From assembly GCA_951406725.2 (NCBI GenBank), contig OX597828.1, forward strand, positions 19,034,001 to 19,098,000: a DNA stretch of 64,000 bases, in the 5' to 3' direction. Source of the stretch: Octopus vulgaris. Its lineage: Eukaryota. Each line of letters starts with the position of its first letter. The first letter of the stretch is position 1. The notes under the pieces were generated by a model. The model saw only the letters and a program-made list of their open reading frames with translations. It ran no database searches and was not told the DNA's origin. The position numbers and the translations under genes are program-made. Of the stretch, positions 41,403 to 55,305 are shown in pieces.

Positions 41403-41829
41403 GTCTGTCTCTGGTTCTGCTGCCTACCACTTCAACCTTCATCGCCCTCCTTACCATCCGCTCCCCATCCATCCTCTCCATGTGGCCAAACCACCTCAAC
41501 ATTTTTCTATCCAATTTAGTTAATAATAACAGATGGAAAAAAATATAGTATTTAGTACAATGTTTATCAGTCTCTTGTAGCTCAGTTCTTCAACCTTGCC
41601 CTTTTTCACCAGATGGTGTTTTTATGAATACCCTCTACTCATATTTTGAAAAGAAAATAACAGAATAAAGGAAAACCAGCTGATTATTTCAATGAAACAG
41701 AAGCTAATTATTTTTTCTACCCTGGTGTTGTATAAACCCATCCAACATGTGTCTCTTTACAAATATTTGCATGGACTTCTGTTTTAAATTTCTGTGTCAA
41801 GAAACTATGGAATTTTTTTTTTTTATATC

Positions 41830-42155
41830 TTTTATTCATTTACTCATTTCAGTCATGAGACTGTGGCTATGCTGGGGCACTGCCTTGAAGAATTTTGAGT
41901 CCAATGAATCTACCCCTGTACTTCTTTTTTTTTTTAAAGCCTGGTACTTACTCTGTTAGTCTCTTTTTGCTGACCTGCTAAGTTATGAGGATGTGAACAA
42001 ACTAACACCAATTGTCAAGCAGTAGTGGGGGGACAAACATAAGGATATGCACAGATATATACATACATAAATGTATGTATGAGCATACATATATACATAC
42101 AACAGGCTTCTTTCAGTTTCCATCTACCAAATCCACTCACAAGGCTTTGGTCAGC
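41830..42155 (-). mobile_element. SINE family A, diverged
   Basis: Same motifs, reverse orientation. Confidence 0.7.
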
Positions 42156-43144
42156 TACACACTATACTATGAACTAGCTTTTAAGCGAGCTCCCACAGAG
42201 GGCTATTTCAGCATGTGGCCCAAAACTAGAGAGAGTTAAATAGCATGACCATAACATGTCTATAATGACTATATACCCTGGCGGTGTTTGATCAGAGGTT
42301 AAGGATGGATGAGAATTAATTCTGTAATGCAATCATTCTATTGTTCCGGTCCCAAGTTGAATTCCAACTGTTGGCCACTTCGTCCCAAAGTTCTTACCCC
42401 GACGTAAGATTAACAAAGTGAATGTCTTTTATCTCCCCCTTGATCTCTGATGTCATCTGACAAATGCCAACCAAGATGGCATGAATCACTCAAGCTTTAC
42501 CTGCTAGAAATAGCAACCCAAATACTTTTAAATCAGATCACCATGCTGGATGTTTAAGAACCAAATGAAGGGCAGATTTCCAATCCTGGGATCACCCTGA
42601 TTCCAAAAAGGTATAATATGTCTCTATAGAACAAATGTAGAATGAGATACAGGAGTCCCATACAGACAGAATTTCACTTTTATTACTATAGATGGTCTGG
42701 TAGACCCACCGTTCTCACATAATAGTAGCACCATCTTTGATCAGGGTACCATGTATCAGTTAACGTCTATTAGTAATACTTGTTGCAGTTTGGTTCTAAC
42801 CATAATTTTCACAATAGAATATAATACTGCCTAAAAGAAAATTCTTTTTTCTGTGTTTTTATGTGACCTTTTATTTTTCCCTTTTCAATCATTGGATTGT
42901 GGTCATGCTGGAGCACCACCTTGAAAAGTTTTAGTCAAACAGATCAATGCCAGTACTTACTTATTTTGTTTTTTTTAAAATCTGGTACTTATTCTATCAA
43001 TCTCTTTTTGCCTAACCACTAAGTTATGGGGACATGGACAAGTTAATACCAATTGAAAAATGATGGTGGCAAATACAGACACAAATATGCATACACACAC
43101 ACACACATATATACACACACACATACATACATACATACATACAT

Positions 43145-43572
43145 ATTCTTTTTGTTTTATTCTTTTATTTGTTTCAGTCATTTGACTGTGGCCATGCTGG
43201 GATCCCACCTTTAGTCAACAAATCAACCCCAGAACTTATACTTTGTAAGCCTAGTTCTTATTCTATCAGTCTCTTTGCTGAACTGCTAAGTTAAGGGGAC
43301 ATAAACACACCAGCATCAGTTGTCGAGCGATAATGAGGTGGGGAGAGACAAACACAGGCACACAAATACATACCTGTGTATGTATATATATATATATATA
43401 TATATATAAGACAGGCTTCTTTCAGTTTCCGTCTACCAAATCCACTCACAAGGCTTTGGTCGGCCTGAGGCTATAGTAGAAGACACTTGCTCGAGCTCCC
43501 ATGCAGTGGGACTGAACCTGGAACCATGCGGTTAGTAAGCAAGCTACTTACCACACATCCACGCCTGCAGCT
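43145..43572 (-). mobile_element. SINE family A
   Basis: Full head to tail, reverse orientation. Confidence 0.85.
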
Positions 43573-43841
43573 ATATATAAAGAAAATTAAGAAAATGCAG
43601 ATATAGCATTAGTATAATTTATTATCTGCAAAAATGTTGGAGAATATGTTGGGTTTTTGCAGATAATAAATTGTATTAATGCTATATCTCCATTTTCTTG
43701 ATTTTCTTTTGAATATCTATAAACCAAGATTTATATTTAGACCTATTATTTTATGAAAATTACTTTTCGCAAAAGTATTAAGTAATGAACCAATAATTCA
43801 TTGGATATTACTATCTCTTAACGAGGCTATTTTAACCTTTA

Positions 43842-43889
<48 letters not shown>

Positions 43890-43891
<2 letters not shown>

Positions 43892-44314
43892 CTCATTTTT
43901 ACTCTTTTACTTGCTTCAGTCATTTGACTGTGGCCATATTGGAGCACCGCCTTTAGTTAAGCAAATCGATCCCATGACTTAATCTTTGTAAGCCTTGTAC
44001 TTCTTCTATCGGTCTCTTTTGCTGAACCGCTAAGTTATGGGGATGTAAACACACCAGCATCAGTTGTCAAACGATGTTGGGGGGACAAACACACAAACAT
44101 ATACACACACATGCATATATATCTATCTATATATATATATATATACACACACATATATACAAGGGAATTCTTTCAGTTTCCGTCTACCAAATTCACTCAC
44201 AAGGCTTTGGTCGGCCTGAGGCTAAAGTAGAAGGCACTTGCCCAAGGTGCCACACAGTTGGACTGAACCCGGAACCATGTGGTTGGTAAGCAAGATACTT
44301 ACCACACAGCCACT
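43890..44314 (-). mobile_element. SINE family A
   Basis: Full head to tail, reverse orientation. Confidence 0.85.
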
Positions 44315-46038
44315 CTTTTCACAAAAATGTTAAGTAATGAACCAGTAATTCATTGGATATTACTATCCCTTAACAAGGCTATTTTAACCTCTAGTTATAT
44401 ATACATATATATATGTGTGTGTGTGTGTGTGTTTATGTATGTATATATATATATATATATATGCATGTATATATATGTGTTTTTATATATATATATATAT
44501 ATATATATACGAAGGGCTTTTTTCAGTTTCCATTTACCAAATTCACTCACAGGACATTGGTCAGTCAAGGTCTATAAAAGAAGACATTTGGTGAAGATGC
44601 CATGCAGTGAGATTGAACCAGAGACCACGTGGGTTGCAAAGCAAGCTTCTTAACTGCACAGCACCTATAAACAGAACAAACTTCTCGAATATTCCTTGCT
44701 CGGTTCATAATTGTTTATAGCTGTCACAGAATACAATGATCAACGCAAAACATCTGTTGGCAGACGACAGCCAAAGTCATATGATGTTTGATTTCAGGGT
44801 GTGGAGCAAAAAGCCGAACACAGACAATGGGAACAAAACAGAATGATAATTGCGAAGGTCACAAACCCACAAAGCTTTAATTTCTTTCTCTTTTCTTTCT
44901 TTTCTCATTGATGACATCACACACACACACACACAAAAAAAAAAATTTTTTTTTAATATTTCTATTATGCAGCAACTAGAATATTGTAAATAAAAATTGA
45001 ACCGCATTAAAAAGGAGTTTAAAGAAAATGAATGGATTTAGTACAGCGATGGTCCTGAAGGATTCTTTTATAACTAAAACAGATGGTTGTGTCTGTTAGA
45101 CCTAACAGCTGCTATGAAATGTAGAACAGATTAAGCTGTCAACCAAATCTATAGGGACCAACAAACACCCTACCCCTTTTTTCATTTTGTTAGGGATAGT
45201 TTGGTAGTTTGATTTTTGGTTATTGTGTTTTTTTCTTTTTGTTGGTTTTGTTTCGCTTTTTTTCTTCTTTTCTTTCTCTTCTTAATGTTGTGGCGACACA
45301 AGGGGTTGTCCTGGTGCAAGAGAGTGAAAAGTTCTAAAGGATTATCTTATTCATGTAGCATAATGTTTACTTTTATTTGTAATCGCTCAAGATAAAACCC
45401 CCAAAGTATATCTCCCTGTTTGACTTCTTTCTAAATTTAGAAACTTCAAACCTATGTTTTGACAAAGTCGTTAATTTTATGGAACCCTTTATGAGCGTCA
45501 TTAAAAAGACCATTATCACAGCCCTTTGCAAGGCAGTGAGATGGCAAAATCTATATCACTGCCTTGCTTAGTGGCATTCAATCTGCCTTTACATTCAGAG
45601 TTCAAATTCTGCCAAGGTCAACTTTGCCTTGTGTCTTTTTTTTTGTTTGTTTATGGAGCGGGGTTTATAAAAGAAGTACCAGTTGAGTACCAGGGGTCAA
45701 TGTAATCAGCTAGCCACCTACCCCTCGGAAATTTCAGGGTCCTAGTTGATTACTTTGCTTATAGTAGAAAAGTTTATTGTAGGCTTATTCTTTTATTTGT
45801 TCCAGTCATCTGACTGTGGCCATGCTGGAGCACCACCTTTAGTCGAACAAATCGACCCCAAATCTTATTCTCTGTAAGCCTAGTACTTATTCTATCGGTC
45901 TTTTTTGCTGAACTACTAAGTTATGGGGACACATACACACCAACATCAGTTGTCAAGCAGTGGAGGGTGATGGTGGTGCAAGGACAAACACGAAACATAC
46001 ATACATACATACATACACACGCATACATATATATATAG

Positions 46039-46365
46039 TGAAGGCTCGTAGCTTAGTGGTTAGGGCATTTGGCTCATGATTGTAAGATCATGAGTTCAAT
46101 TCCAGGCGACACACTGTGTCCTTGAGCAAGACTCTTTATTTCACGTTGCTTCAGTCCACTCAGCTGGCAAAAATGAGTAGTACCTGTATTTCAAAGGGCC
46201 AGCCTTGTCAAACTCTGTGTCATGCTGAATCTCCCTGAGAACTACGTTAAGGGTACACGTGTCTGTGGAATGCTCAGCCATTTGCACATTAATTTCACGA
46301 GCAAGCTGTTCCATTGATCGGATCAGCTGGGACCCTCATCATCATAACCGATGGAGTGCTCCTTC
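46039..46365 (+). mobile_element. tRNA-derived SINE family C
   Basis: Head agcttagtggttaggg...gagttcaattcc; gtgtccttgagcaagac domain. Near-identical to 47219-47540. Confidence 0.85.
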
Positions 46366-46366
46366 T

Positions 46367-46433
<67 letters not shown>

Positions 46434-46793
46434 GTATGTATATATATATATAAGTTCAGCAAAATTTAGATTCAAATGAAAATGGTACTTAAGTTAGATG
46501 CACCAGAATTTTGTATGGTGTTATCCATATAAATCCATGGGGTGATTATAATCAAAATAAGCAAGAATATCTTCGGTAATTTGGTACGATCATTTCACGC
46601 TACATCATATTATTAAACATTGTAAGTATTACTACAGTTTTAAAATGTTGAGCAATTATCAGCCATTTACAGAGGTTTTCCATTAATACATAATTTTCAT
46701 ATTAATTGATAACATTATAGAGAAGGTAGATATATAGACAAGGATATTGATTTGAATTTTAAGAACATTAAGGTAGTAGAGCTTATCTTATAA

Positions 46794-46892
<99 letters not shown>

Positions 46893-47218
46893 TACATGAC
46901 AGGCTTCTTTTGGTTTTCCTCTGCCAAACCCACTCACAAGGTTTTGGTTGGTCTGAGGCTATAGTAGAAGACACTTGCCCAAGATGCCATGCAGTGGGAC
47001 TAAGCCCGGAATAATGTGGCTGGTAAGCAAGCTACTTACCACACAGCCACTCCTGTGCCTATGTGTAGAAACTCACTGGTTTCTTTGCTTGCGTCTTTGG
47101 GCCATCTGTCACCAGTTCTTGATAGAGTCGTAGAAATTCCTTTGTGGCATTCTTCCACACCAAAATTCTCCATTGGTTGTGACTATGTGCCAGAGTTTCA
47201 GTCTCTACCAATGATTTG

Positions 47219-47540
47219 TGAGGGCGCGTGGCTTAGTGGTTAGGGCATTCGGCTCATGATCGTAAGGTTGTGAGTTCGATTCCCGGCGACGCGTTGTGTC
47301 CTTGAGCAAGACACTTTATTTCACGTTGCTCCAGTCCACTCAGCTGGCAAAAATGAGTTGTACTTGTATTTCAAAGGGTCAGCCTTGTCACTCTCTGTGT
47401 CACGCTGATTATCCCCGAGAACTACGTTAAGGGTACACGTGTCTGTGGAATGCTCAGCCATTTGCATGTTAATTTCACGAGCAAGCTGTTCCGTTGATCG
47501 TATCAGCTGGGACCCCACGTCGTCGTAACCGGCGGAGTCT
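47219..47540 (+). mobile_element. tRNA-derived SINE family C (CpG-rich, probably younger)
   Basis: tggcttagtggttaggg...gagttcgattccc; gtgtccttgagcaagacact. Confidence 0.85.
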
Positions 47541-49459
47541 TTTAAACCAATGATTTACCTATTCATTCTTCATTGTTATCCATCTTTCTTTTCTTTTTTC
47601 TTCTTTTCAATTTTTCGTCCTTCGCAGTTCCTTGAAAAATGGCCCTTACAAGGCCACTGGGTCTTGTTACATGGTCATGCCATCTCAGAAAGAAAAAAAA
47701 AATTTTTAAATAGTTGTATCTTTATCAACAATGGTAATATCATACGGTAAAAAGTCAGGTAACTGGTTATGGCCTGCATCATGATGAGCCTAACTCATTG
47801 ACTGTTTGATTGAACAATTAATCAGACGTCTGATTAATTAATCGGTTTACAAACTGACTAATGATAATCCTTTCTACTGTTGGCTCAAGGCCTTAAAAAT
47901 TGATGTGGATTAGGATACTTGTCAATTCCATCAATCTCATCACTCAACTGGTACTTTTTGCATCAGACCTGAAAGTGTAAATGCAGAGTTGACTTCAGCA
48001 GAATTTGAACTCGGAACATAAAGATGGGCAAACTGTTACTAGGCATTTTTGTCGCATGTTCTAACCAATTCTGCCATCTTGCTGCCTTGACCTTAATAAT
48101 AATAATAATAATAATAATAATAGTCTCAAATTTTGGCACAAGGCCAGCGATTGCAAGTGGGTGGGTAGGGTTGGGGTCTAAGTTGATTACATCGACCCCA
48201 GTGCTCAACTTATATATTCTATCCTCCTCCTGCAAAGATGAAAGGCAAAGTCGACCCTGGCAGCATTTAAACTCAGAACATAAAATCAAAAGAAATGCTA
48301 CTCAGCATTTTGTCTGGCATGGTAACAATTCTGCCTGTTCACAGCTGAAATTGACTAATAGTAGTAAAAGAAGGGAAATACAACCAGTGTGTGTGTGTGT
48401 GTGTGTATTTATAATGGGCATAATGACCCTCCCAAGATACAACAAATTATTTAACTAAATTCTTCTTTATTTTCAAAGACAAGGTATTTCAGCAGATATA
48501 TAGAAACAAAAAGATTAAGCTCATTTATATCTCTAGCAACCCATTCATAAATTGACATTCTTTATTCTTATCTCTCTAATTACTCCACATATTTTTTTTA
48601 TATATTTTTCTTTTTCTTAATTGCATTCAGTACTCTCTCTTATTCTCGTGTTATTCTTATCTAATTCTAGACCTGAGATTAAATTTCATGAAATAACAAT
48701 TCCTCACCTTTTGTAACATGTTTAATCTAAAATTCCTTCCTCTCTCTCTTTCTCTCTCTCTTCTTTTATATTTCCTGAACATTTCTCAAGACTTATACGT
48801 TTCTCAATTAATCCTCTTACCCTAGATTTTATATTACTAATATATAAAGATCTAAGACATGAATGATCACGAGGAATGAAAGCCGCTGTATTTTATCTCA
48901 ATATTTCCTATCTGGTCTATTTAGTATATCTATTCCCAGTTCGTTACAATTAATGCTTGCTCTACTCTGTACACCACAGCTGCAAATGCCTGGCAATTAA
49001 TTGGATCAAGTTTTGTATTAACCCTTTTCGTAACTATAATGGCATCAACATGTGCTTAAGAAGTTCATTTGGCCATCACATTCGTTTGTTTGATTAAAGT
49101 AAGTGGCATTATCATCACCACCATCATTATCATCATAATCCTCATCATCATAATCCTCATCATCATCATCATCCTCATCCTCATCCTCCTCATCATCATC
49201 ATCATAGTCATCATTTTAATGGCTCCTTTAACATGCTAGCATTGGACAGGCGGGAATTTTTCCGAGGCAAATTTTCTACAGCTGGATGCCCTTCCTGTTG
49301 CCAGCCTTTGCCTGTTTCCAAGTAGGGGTAATATTTCACTATCACCAGACAAGTTTTTTTCATGGAAGACCACAATGGAACAACGTTGCTTGTATGACAA
49401 TGGTGCCTGTTCACAACCATCACATTATGTCAAGACAAGGGTATACACACACACACATA

Positions 49460-49600
49460 TGTGAAGGGTTACTGAAAAGTTCCTGGTTTTAAGGATATCA
49501 TGAAAGGCCTAGTTGGAGGCCCAGCCTTCTTAGTTCTTTTTATAGGGTTTAGAAAAACTGAAGGACCGCTGTAATAAGTGTATGAATCTGAGAGGGTAAA
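49460..49600 (-). mobile_element. Mariner-derived MITE, partial
   Basis: Reverse complement of the 13738 family (ctgaaaagttcctggtttt...aaaaactgaaggac...ctgagagg). Confidence 0.6.
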
Positions 49601-49855
49601 TATGTCCACTCTGTTGAAAATGATCAGGTCTTTGTTCTGAATGTTACCCAAGACCCTGACCCTGACATGCTATTGCTCCCTATTGCCAGCACACCATGAT
49701 CTGTGGTTTCTTTTTCCTTTATCCACCAACTCTGCCCAATCATTCCTGACCTCATGACCTAAAAATATGTTATGAGGTCAAGAATCTTCAACACTTCTGA
49801 TCTGAAATGAGTCATAATAGGTGTTTTCTTTCTTCTTTGAAGGAAACCATATTAC

Positions 49856-49899
<44 letters not shown>

Positions 49900-50143
49900 C
49901 ACACACATGCACATACATGTGCACATATGCAGCAAATGCTGGAGACCACCTCATATGTATGAAAGTATGAAAAGAACTTGTTTTAAAGTGCACGTAATTA
50001 TTAAATAAAAATTTTCCATCATAATTGTATCTGAGAACCATTCCGAGACACCAAATTAACAAATCAATAATTTTAAACAGATACATCTTTTTAATTGTTC
50101 ATTTACATAAACAAATTTAAACTCAGCAAGCCTTGCATCTAAT

Positions 50144-50214
<71 letters not shown>

Positions 50215-50474
50215 GTCTTTCTCTCTTTTTCACTCACATACACACACACAGACATACACACATACACATGTGTGCAAATAAATAAAGGAAAGAGCACTCA
50301 ATACACAAAGTAGAGTATATACATGTAGTTTTGCAAATAGTAACTTCCACAGTCACTAAGCAGAATTTCATAAAAATGCTGATGCATTCCTAATCTTTGA
50401 GATGACTATGTATGTATATATACACATTTATGTATTAGTTTGTATGTATCTGTGTATATGTTTGTATAAATAAG

Positions 50475-50668
50475 TAGGGGCGGGGGCTGAAAATTTTGTG
50501 GGTTTGGGTAAGAGAAAATACAGGAGGATTAGTTAATTATGATTATATTCAACATATTCCCCTCTTGCAGCAATCCTTCAGTTTTTCTAAACCCCACAAA
50601 AGAACTCGAAAGGTTCGGCCTTTCATGATATCTTTAATGTCAAGAATTTTTCAGCACTCCCTTGTATG
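50475..50668 (+). mobile_element. Mariner-derived MITE, same family as 13738-13952
   Basis: ggggctgaaaa ... ttttcagcactccc ends; shared internal gcagcaatccttcagtttt...aaaagaactcg. Confidence 0.6.
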
Positions 50669-50733
50669 TATATGCATGTATCTGTGTGAATATCTACAAC
50701 TGTGTATATTTATGTGTATATATTTGTATATCA

Positions 50734-50789
<56 letters not shown>

Positions 50790-50832
50790 GTCAGTCTGTC
50801 TAATTATCTATCTATCTATCTATATATATATC

Positions 50833-50865
<33 letters not shown>

Positions 50866-50910
50866 GTCTGTCTATCTATCTGTCTATCTATCTATCTGTC
50901 TGTCTGTCAG

Positions 50911-50956
<46 letters not shown>

Positions 50957-51455
50957 CCTCTGTATATATACTTAAGTATATATATATATTCATAACAACA
51001 CATATATATCACTTTCCCTCTCTTTCTCCATTTCTCCCCTCTCTCTCTCCTCTCTTTCTCTCTCTCCTCTCTTTCTCTCTCTCCTCTCTCTCTCTCCCTC
51101 TCTCTCTCTCTATCTATCTATCTATTTCCATTTCAATCTTATACTATGTTTTCATATCATTAACATAGCTAGAACATCAAAGCTGGCCCAAGACCATAGA
51201 TTTACCGAACTAAATGCATCATTACATAACATTATATTACATTACAGTATTTAGTTTCAGCTATCTTGGTTCTGAGTTCAATCCCTATCAGGGTCATCTT
51301 AACCCCTCCACTTCTCTCAATGTCGACGTGTAAACACCTATAACATAGTCGGATTGATTCAATCACCAATTATGTTGATCCTCTATAAAATAGGACCAGA
51401 AATCGATATTTCCCCTCTACATAGTCTATTTCCCTTTTTGCAATTTGTTGTGTTG

Positions 51456-51503
<48 letters not shown>

Positions 51504-51599
51504 GCTATTGTTATTATTATCATATTCCTTATCAGCATTATCATTGTTATTTTTATTATCATAGTCATCATTATCATTGTCATCCTCACCATTTTCACT

Positions 51600-51636
<37 letters not shown>

Positions 51637-52359
51637 CCACCATTTTTATCTTCACCTCCACCACCGCCACCGCCACCACCACCACCTCCATCATCATCAT
51701 TTCCACTATTAAACTTCCATCGTCATCATCATCATCATCATTATCACCATTTTTATCATCACCTCCACCATCACCATCACTAACACCATCATCATCGTTT
51801 TCATCATTATCATTATCATCGTTGTTGTTGTTATTTTTTATTTTTATTTGTTATATTATTCTAAACTCCCTACACCGTGTGTTCCTTTCATCTCCTTATA
51901 AAACTGTGTAAATGTTTACAGCTTTTGTTACTGTGTGAGGAGAGTATGTTCTCTGCATTGTGCTATTTTATACCACATCTGTATCCCTCACCAAGCTTCG
52001 ATTGATGTATTTTGATGTTGTTCTTGTTGTGGTTGTTGTAGTTGTTGTTATTATTTAGACTCCCAAGTCAGCCCTGAATAGAGCAGACCTATGATAAAAG
52101 GCTTTCCAATTAAGATTATCCTGTTTGTTTGTTCATTTTTGGGTGATGGAGGAGGGTATTGCTAAAATTAAATTATCCTGTGTGGCCTTCCTTATTGAAT
52201 TTTTCATGATAGAAAGGTGTTATTTGAGAGATTTGAGGAGGTAATTTTGGCTGCTATTTCCAGCAGACTATGCAGCTACATAGAGCATAGAGACCTCTTC
52301 GTTTTGTTATCACATGCTTAGCACACATTACTGTGCTAGCTCCCATTGTTTTATACATA

Positions 52360-53210
52360 CAGGGTGCAGTGAATAAACTGTCGTTTGAATTATGCAAAAA
52401 TGAGAATAACACTGACATCTCATTTTGACAGATATATTTACCAAAATTACATTAAAATATCTTGAAATACTAAAGAGTAAATTTATTCAATAAAATTGCC
52501 ATTGGCTTCAATCACGGCCTCCAGACGACTTCGGAATCTCCTGCAACTCTTCTGGATGGTCTCCTTGTTTAAGTTGGTGAATGCCGCCATAATCCTTACC
52601 TTTAGTTCATCTTTGGTGTTACAAGGAGATTTGTTGGTCTCTCACTCAACTGCGCCCCAAACATAATAATCAAGGGGGTTGCAGTCTGGGGAGTTAGGTG
52701 GCCAGATGTTAGGGGTGGTATGGTTGCAGAAATTGTCTGACAGCCATGACTGGGTTCTCCTACTTGTGTGGCATGGTGCAGAGTCCTGTTGCCAGACATA
52801 GGATCTTCCAGCAGCCACCCTCTTGATCCATGGCAGCCCTACCTCCTCCAGGCACTTGATGTAAGTCTCTGTATTGAGTCTGAGGCCATGTAGGAAGGTG
52901 AATGGAGGCATTATGTCATCACTAGTGATCACTCCAAACACTATTGACTGGATGTTTTATTTTTATCACTCTTGGTACATGTCCTCAGATTGCATTGTCC
53001 TCAGATTGATGCACAGACACTCTGAAATGTTCATATTGGAGCTTCCGGTGCAAATGCCAAGCATTTCCAAACTGCGTTGTGGTACCGTTTTTCTCACAGA
53101 TGGTGCCCAATTGACCCTACTGTATTGTGTGGTCGACAAATTCAAAAACAAACGATGTGCATACATGAAATTAAAAATATAAAATGGCAACAATTTACCA
53201 TCGCACCCTG
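52360..53210 (-). mobile_element. Tc1/mariner maT-type (DD37D) DNA transposon, internally deleted
   Basis: TA|CAGGGTGC ... GCACCCTG|TA termini (imperfect TIRs, TA duplication). Transposase remnant QQD-SAPCH...WPPNSPDCNPL-D-YYVWG with 37 residues between the last two catalytic Asp. Confidence 0.88.
52483..52941 (-). pseudogene. Transposase C-terminal pseudogene (DD37D)
   Basis: ORF 52941-52642 ends at a premature TGA. The same frame continues ETNKSPCNTKDELKVRIMAAFTNLNKETIQKSCRRFRSRLEAVIEANGNFIE* to 52483, a typical Tc1/mariner C-terminus. Confidence 0.85.
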
Positions 53211-54172
53211 TATATGTGTGTGTGTGTGTATTTGTGTATACATATAAACAAGCCTGTCATATATATATGTCTATATCTATGTGTGTGTGTGTGTGTTTTT
53301 GTGTCTGTGTTTGTCCTCCTATCACTGCTTGACAACTGGTGTTGATGTATTTACATCCCAAGAAAGGCCGGTACTGGCAAAACAAGTTTGTATACTAGCA
53401 GAGAGCAGGCACAAAGAATGATATTTGACCCTATTAGAATATATTTTGCAACAGTTGCCAGTGTTCTAAAGAACTCCATTTCCTGTTTTATGTAGTTTAT
53501 TACATCAAAGGAGTAGTATGGTTAATAAATTCCAGTATTACTTATTCGTTTACTTAATTCCTTTTGATTAAAGTGCTCCTAGACTAATGAAAATAGTTTA
53601 AGCAATAATCAGTGTCAACATAACGATACAAATTTGTGTTGATTAAATATTGAAACTTAGAGAGATCAGTTATAAGCACAACGGTCAAAAATAACAGAGA
53701 AGAGAAAACAGAGTCAATACCCCCCCCAAAAAAATATAAATACGGGAATCCTAATATTTTTATTAACCAATATTATTACATTATTATTGAGAATAAAATA
53801 AATGAAATAAAATGAAACTGTATAGGTTCAGGGTATAGATAAGATCACTGCTATAATAATTTAGAGTTATGGAAAGTATTAAGAAAATGTTGGAAGAATT
53901 TATAAGAAATATAAAGAGTAGAATTGAGGGGGATGAGAGAAATATTATAAAGACATCACCTAAGGTTGGAAACAAATTGAATAAATTATTAGATAAGATT
54001 ATGTAAGATATAACTTATATAAAATTACATTCATTGATATTACGTAAAAGTAGCTTAACCATGATCAGATATATGTATTAATAGCATTAAGATATGCTAG
54101 GCTACCTAGATACAATCCATAGTTCTAATTACTAGTAATTAGACAACATATCACTGCTCGCTTGTATATTTG

Positions 54173-54295
54173 GTAATCCTGATGAGTTGAGAGCTGCATA
54201 ACATTTTACATAATCATATGGATGTTGTACATACTGTGCACTTGACTGTACCATGTCCACATCGCAATAATGACTCTTAACGAAATAATTATAGC
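54173..54295 (+). ncRNA. Hammerhead-like motif with a long stem II insert
   Basis: CTGATGA (54179-54185), GTTGAGAG ... CTCTTAAC (8-bp stem II), GAAA (54282-54285). Stems I and III weak. Confidence 0.45.
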
Positions 54296-54719
54296 AGCAC
54301 CAAATAATCCATTCATTTGTTTTTTATGTTTCTACACCACTCTTATGGGTCCATTCGTCTTTGAATACTAATGGAGTTGCAGATTAGCAAACAAAGGTGA
54401 ACTTCCATTCATGAATGCATTTCGTGCTACAATAATGGATTACTTAACTGTCTGATTTGCATCATTCTGTCAAACCAATAACCGGGGCAGGTTTCACTTT
54501 GATACGCTTCAATCTTTTATGGATCCACTTCCATAAAACGTGTGTGCATACACACGCACATGCACACACACACGCACACACACACATATAGAGGCACAGG
54601 TGTGGCTGTGTGTTTAAGAAGATTGTTTCCCAAACAAATGGTGTTAAGTTCAGTCCTTCGTATCCCTATCCCACCCAAATTCTTGTAAGTGGATTTGGTA
54701 GACAGAAATTGAATGAAGC

Positions 54720-54924
54720 CTCTTTTACTTGTTTCAGTCATTTGGCTGTGGCCATGCTGGAGCACCGCCTTTAGTCGAGCAAATCGACCCCAGGACTTAT
54801 TCTTTGTAAGCCTAGTATTTATTCTATCTATCACTTTTGCTGAACTGCTAAGTTATGGGAATGTAAACACACCAGCATCAGTTATCAAGCAATGTTAGGG
54901 GGACAAACATAGACACACACATAT

Positions 54925-54986
<62 letters not shown>

Positions 54987-55225
54987 GTATGTGTGTGTAT
55001 TTGTTTGTGTGTCTATATATATATGCATGTGTCCCCCTAACATATATATATATACATATATACGACAGGCTTCTTTCAGTTTCTGTCTACCAAATCCACT
55101 CACAAGGCTTTGGTTGGTCCGAGGCTATAGTAGAAGACACTTGCCCAAGGTGCCATGCAGTGGGACTGAACCTGGAACCATGTGGTTTGTAAGCAAGCTA
55201 CTTACCACACAGCCACTCCTATGCC
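54720..55225 (-). mobile_element. SINE family A
   Basis: Full head to tail, reverse orientation, expanded internal microsatellite. Confidence 0.85.
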
Positions 55226-55249
55226 TATTATATAAATATAATAGGCCTG

Positions 55250-55284
<35 letters not shown>

Positions 55285-55305
55285 TAGTTTGTTATGATAT
55301 GTGGT

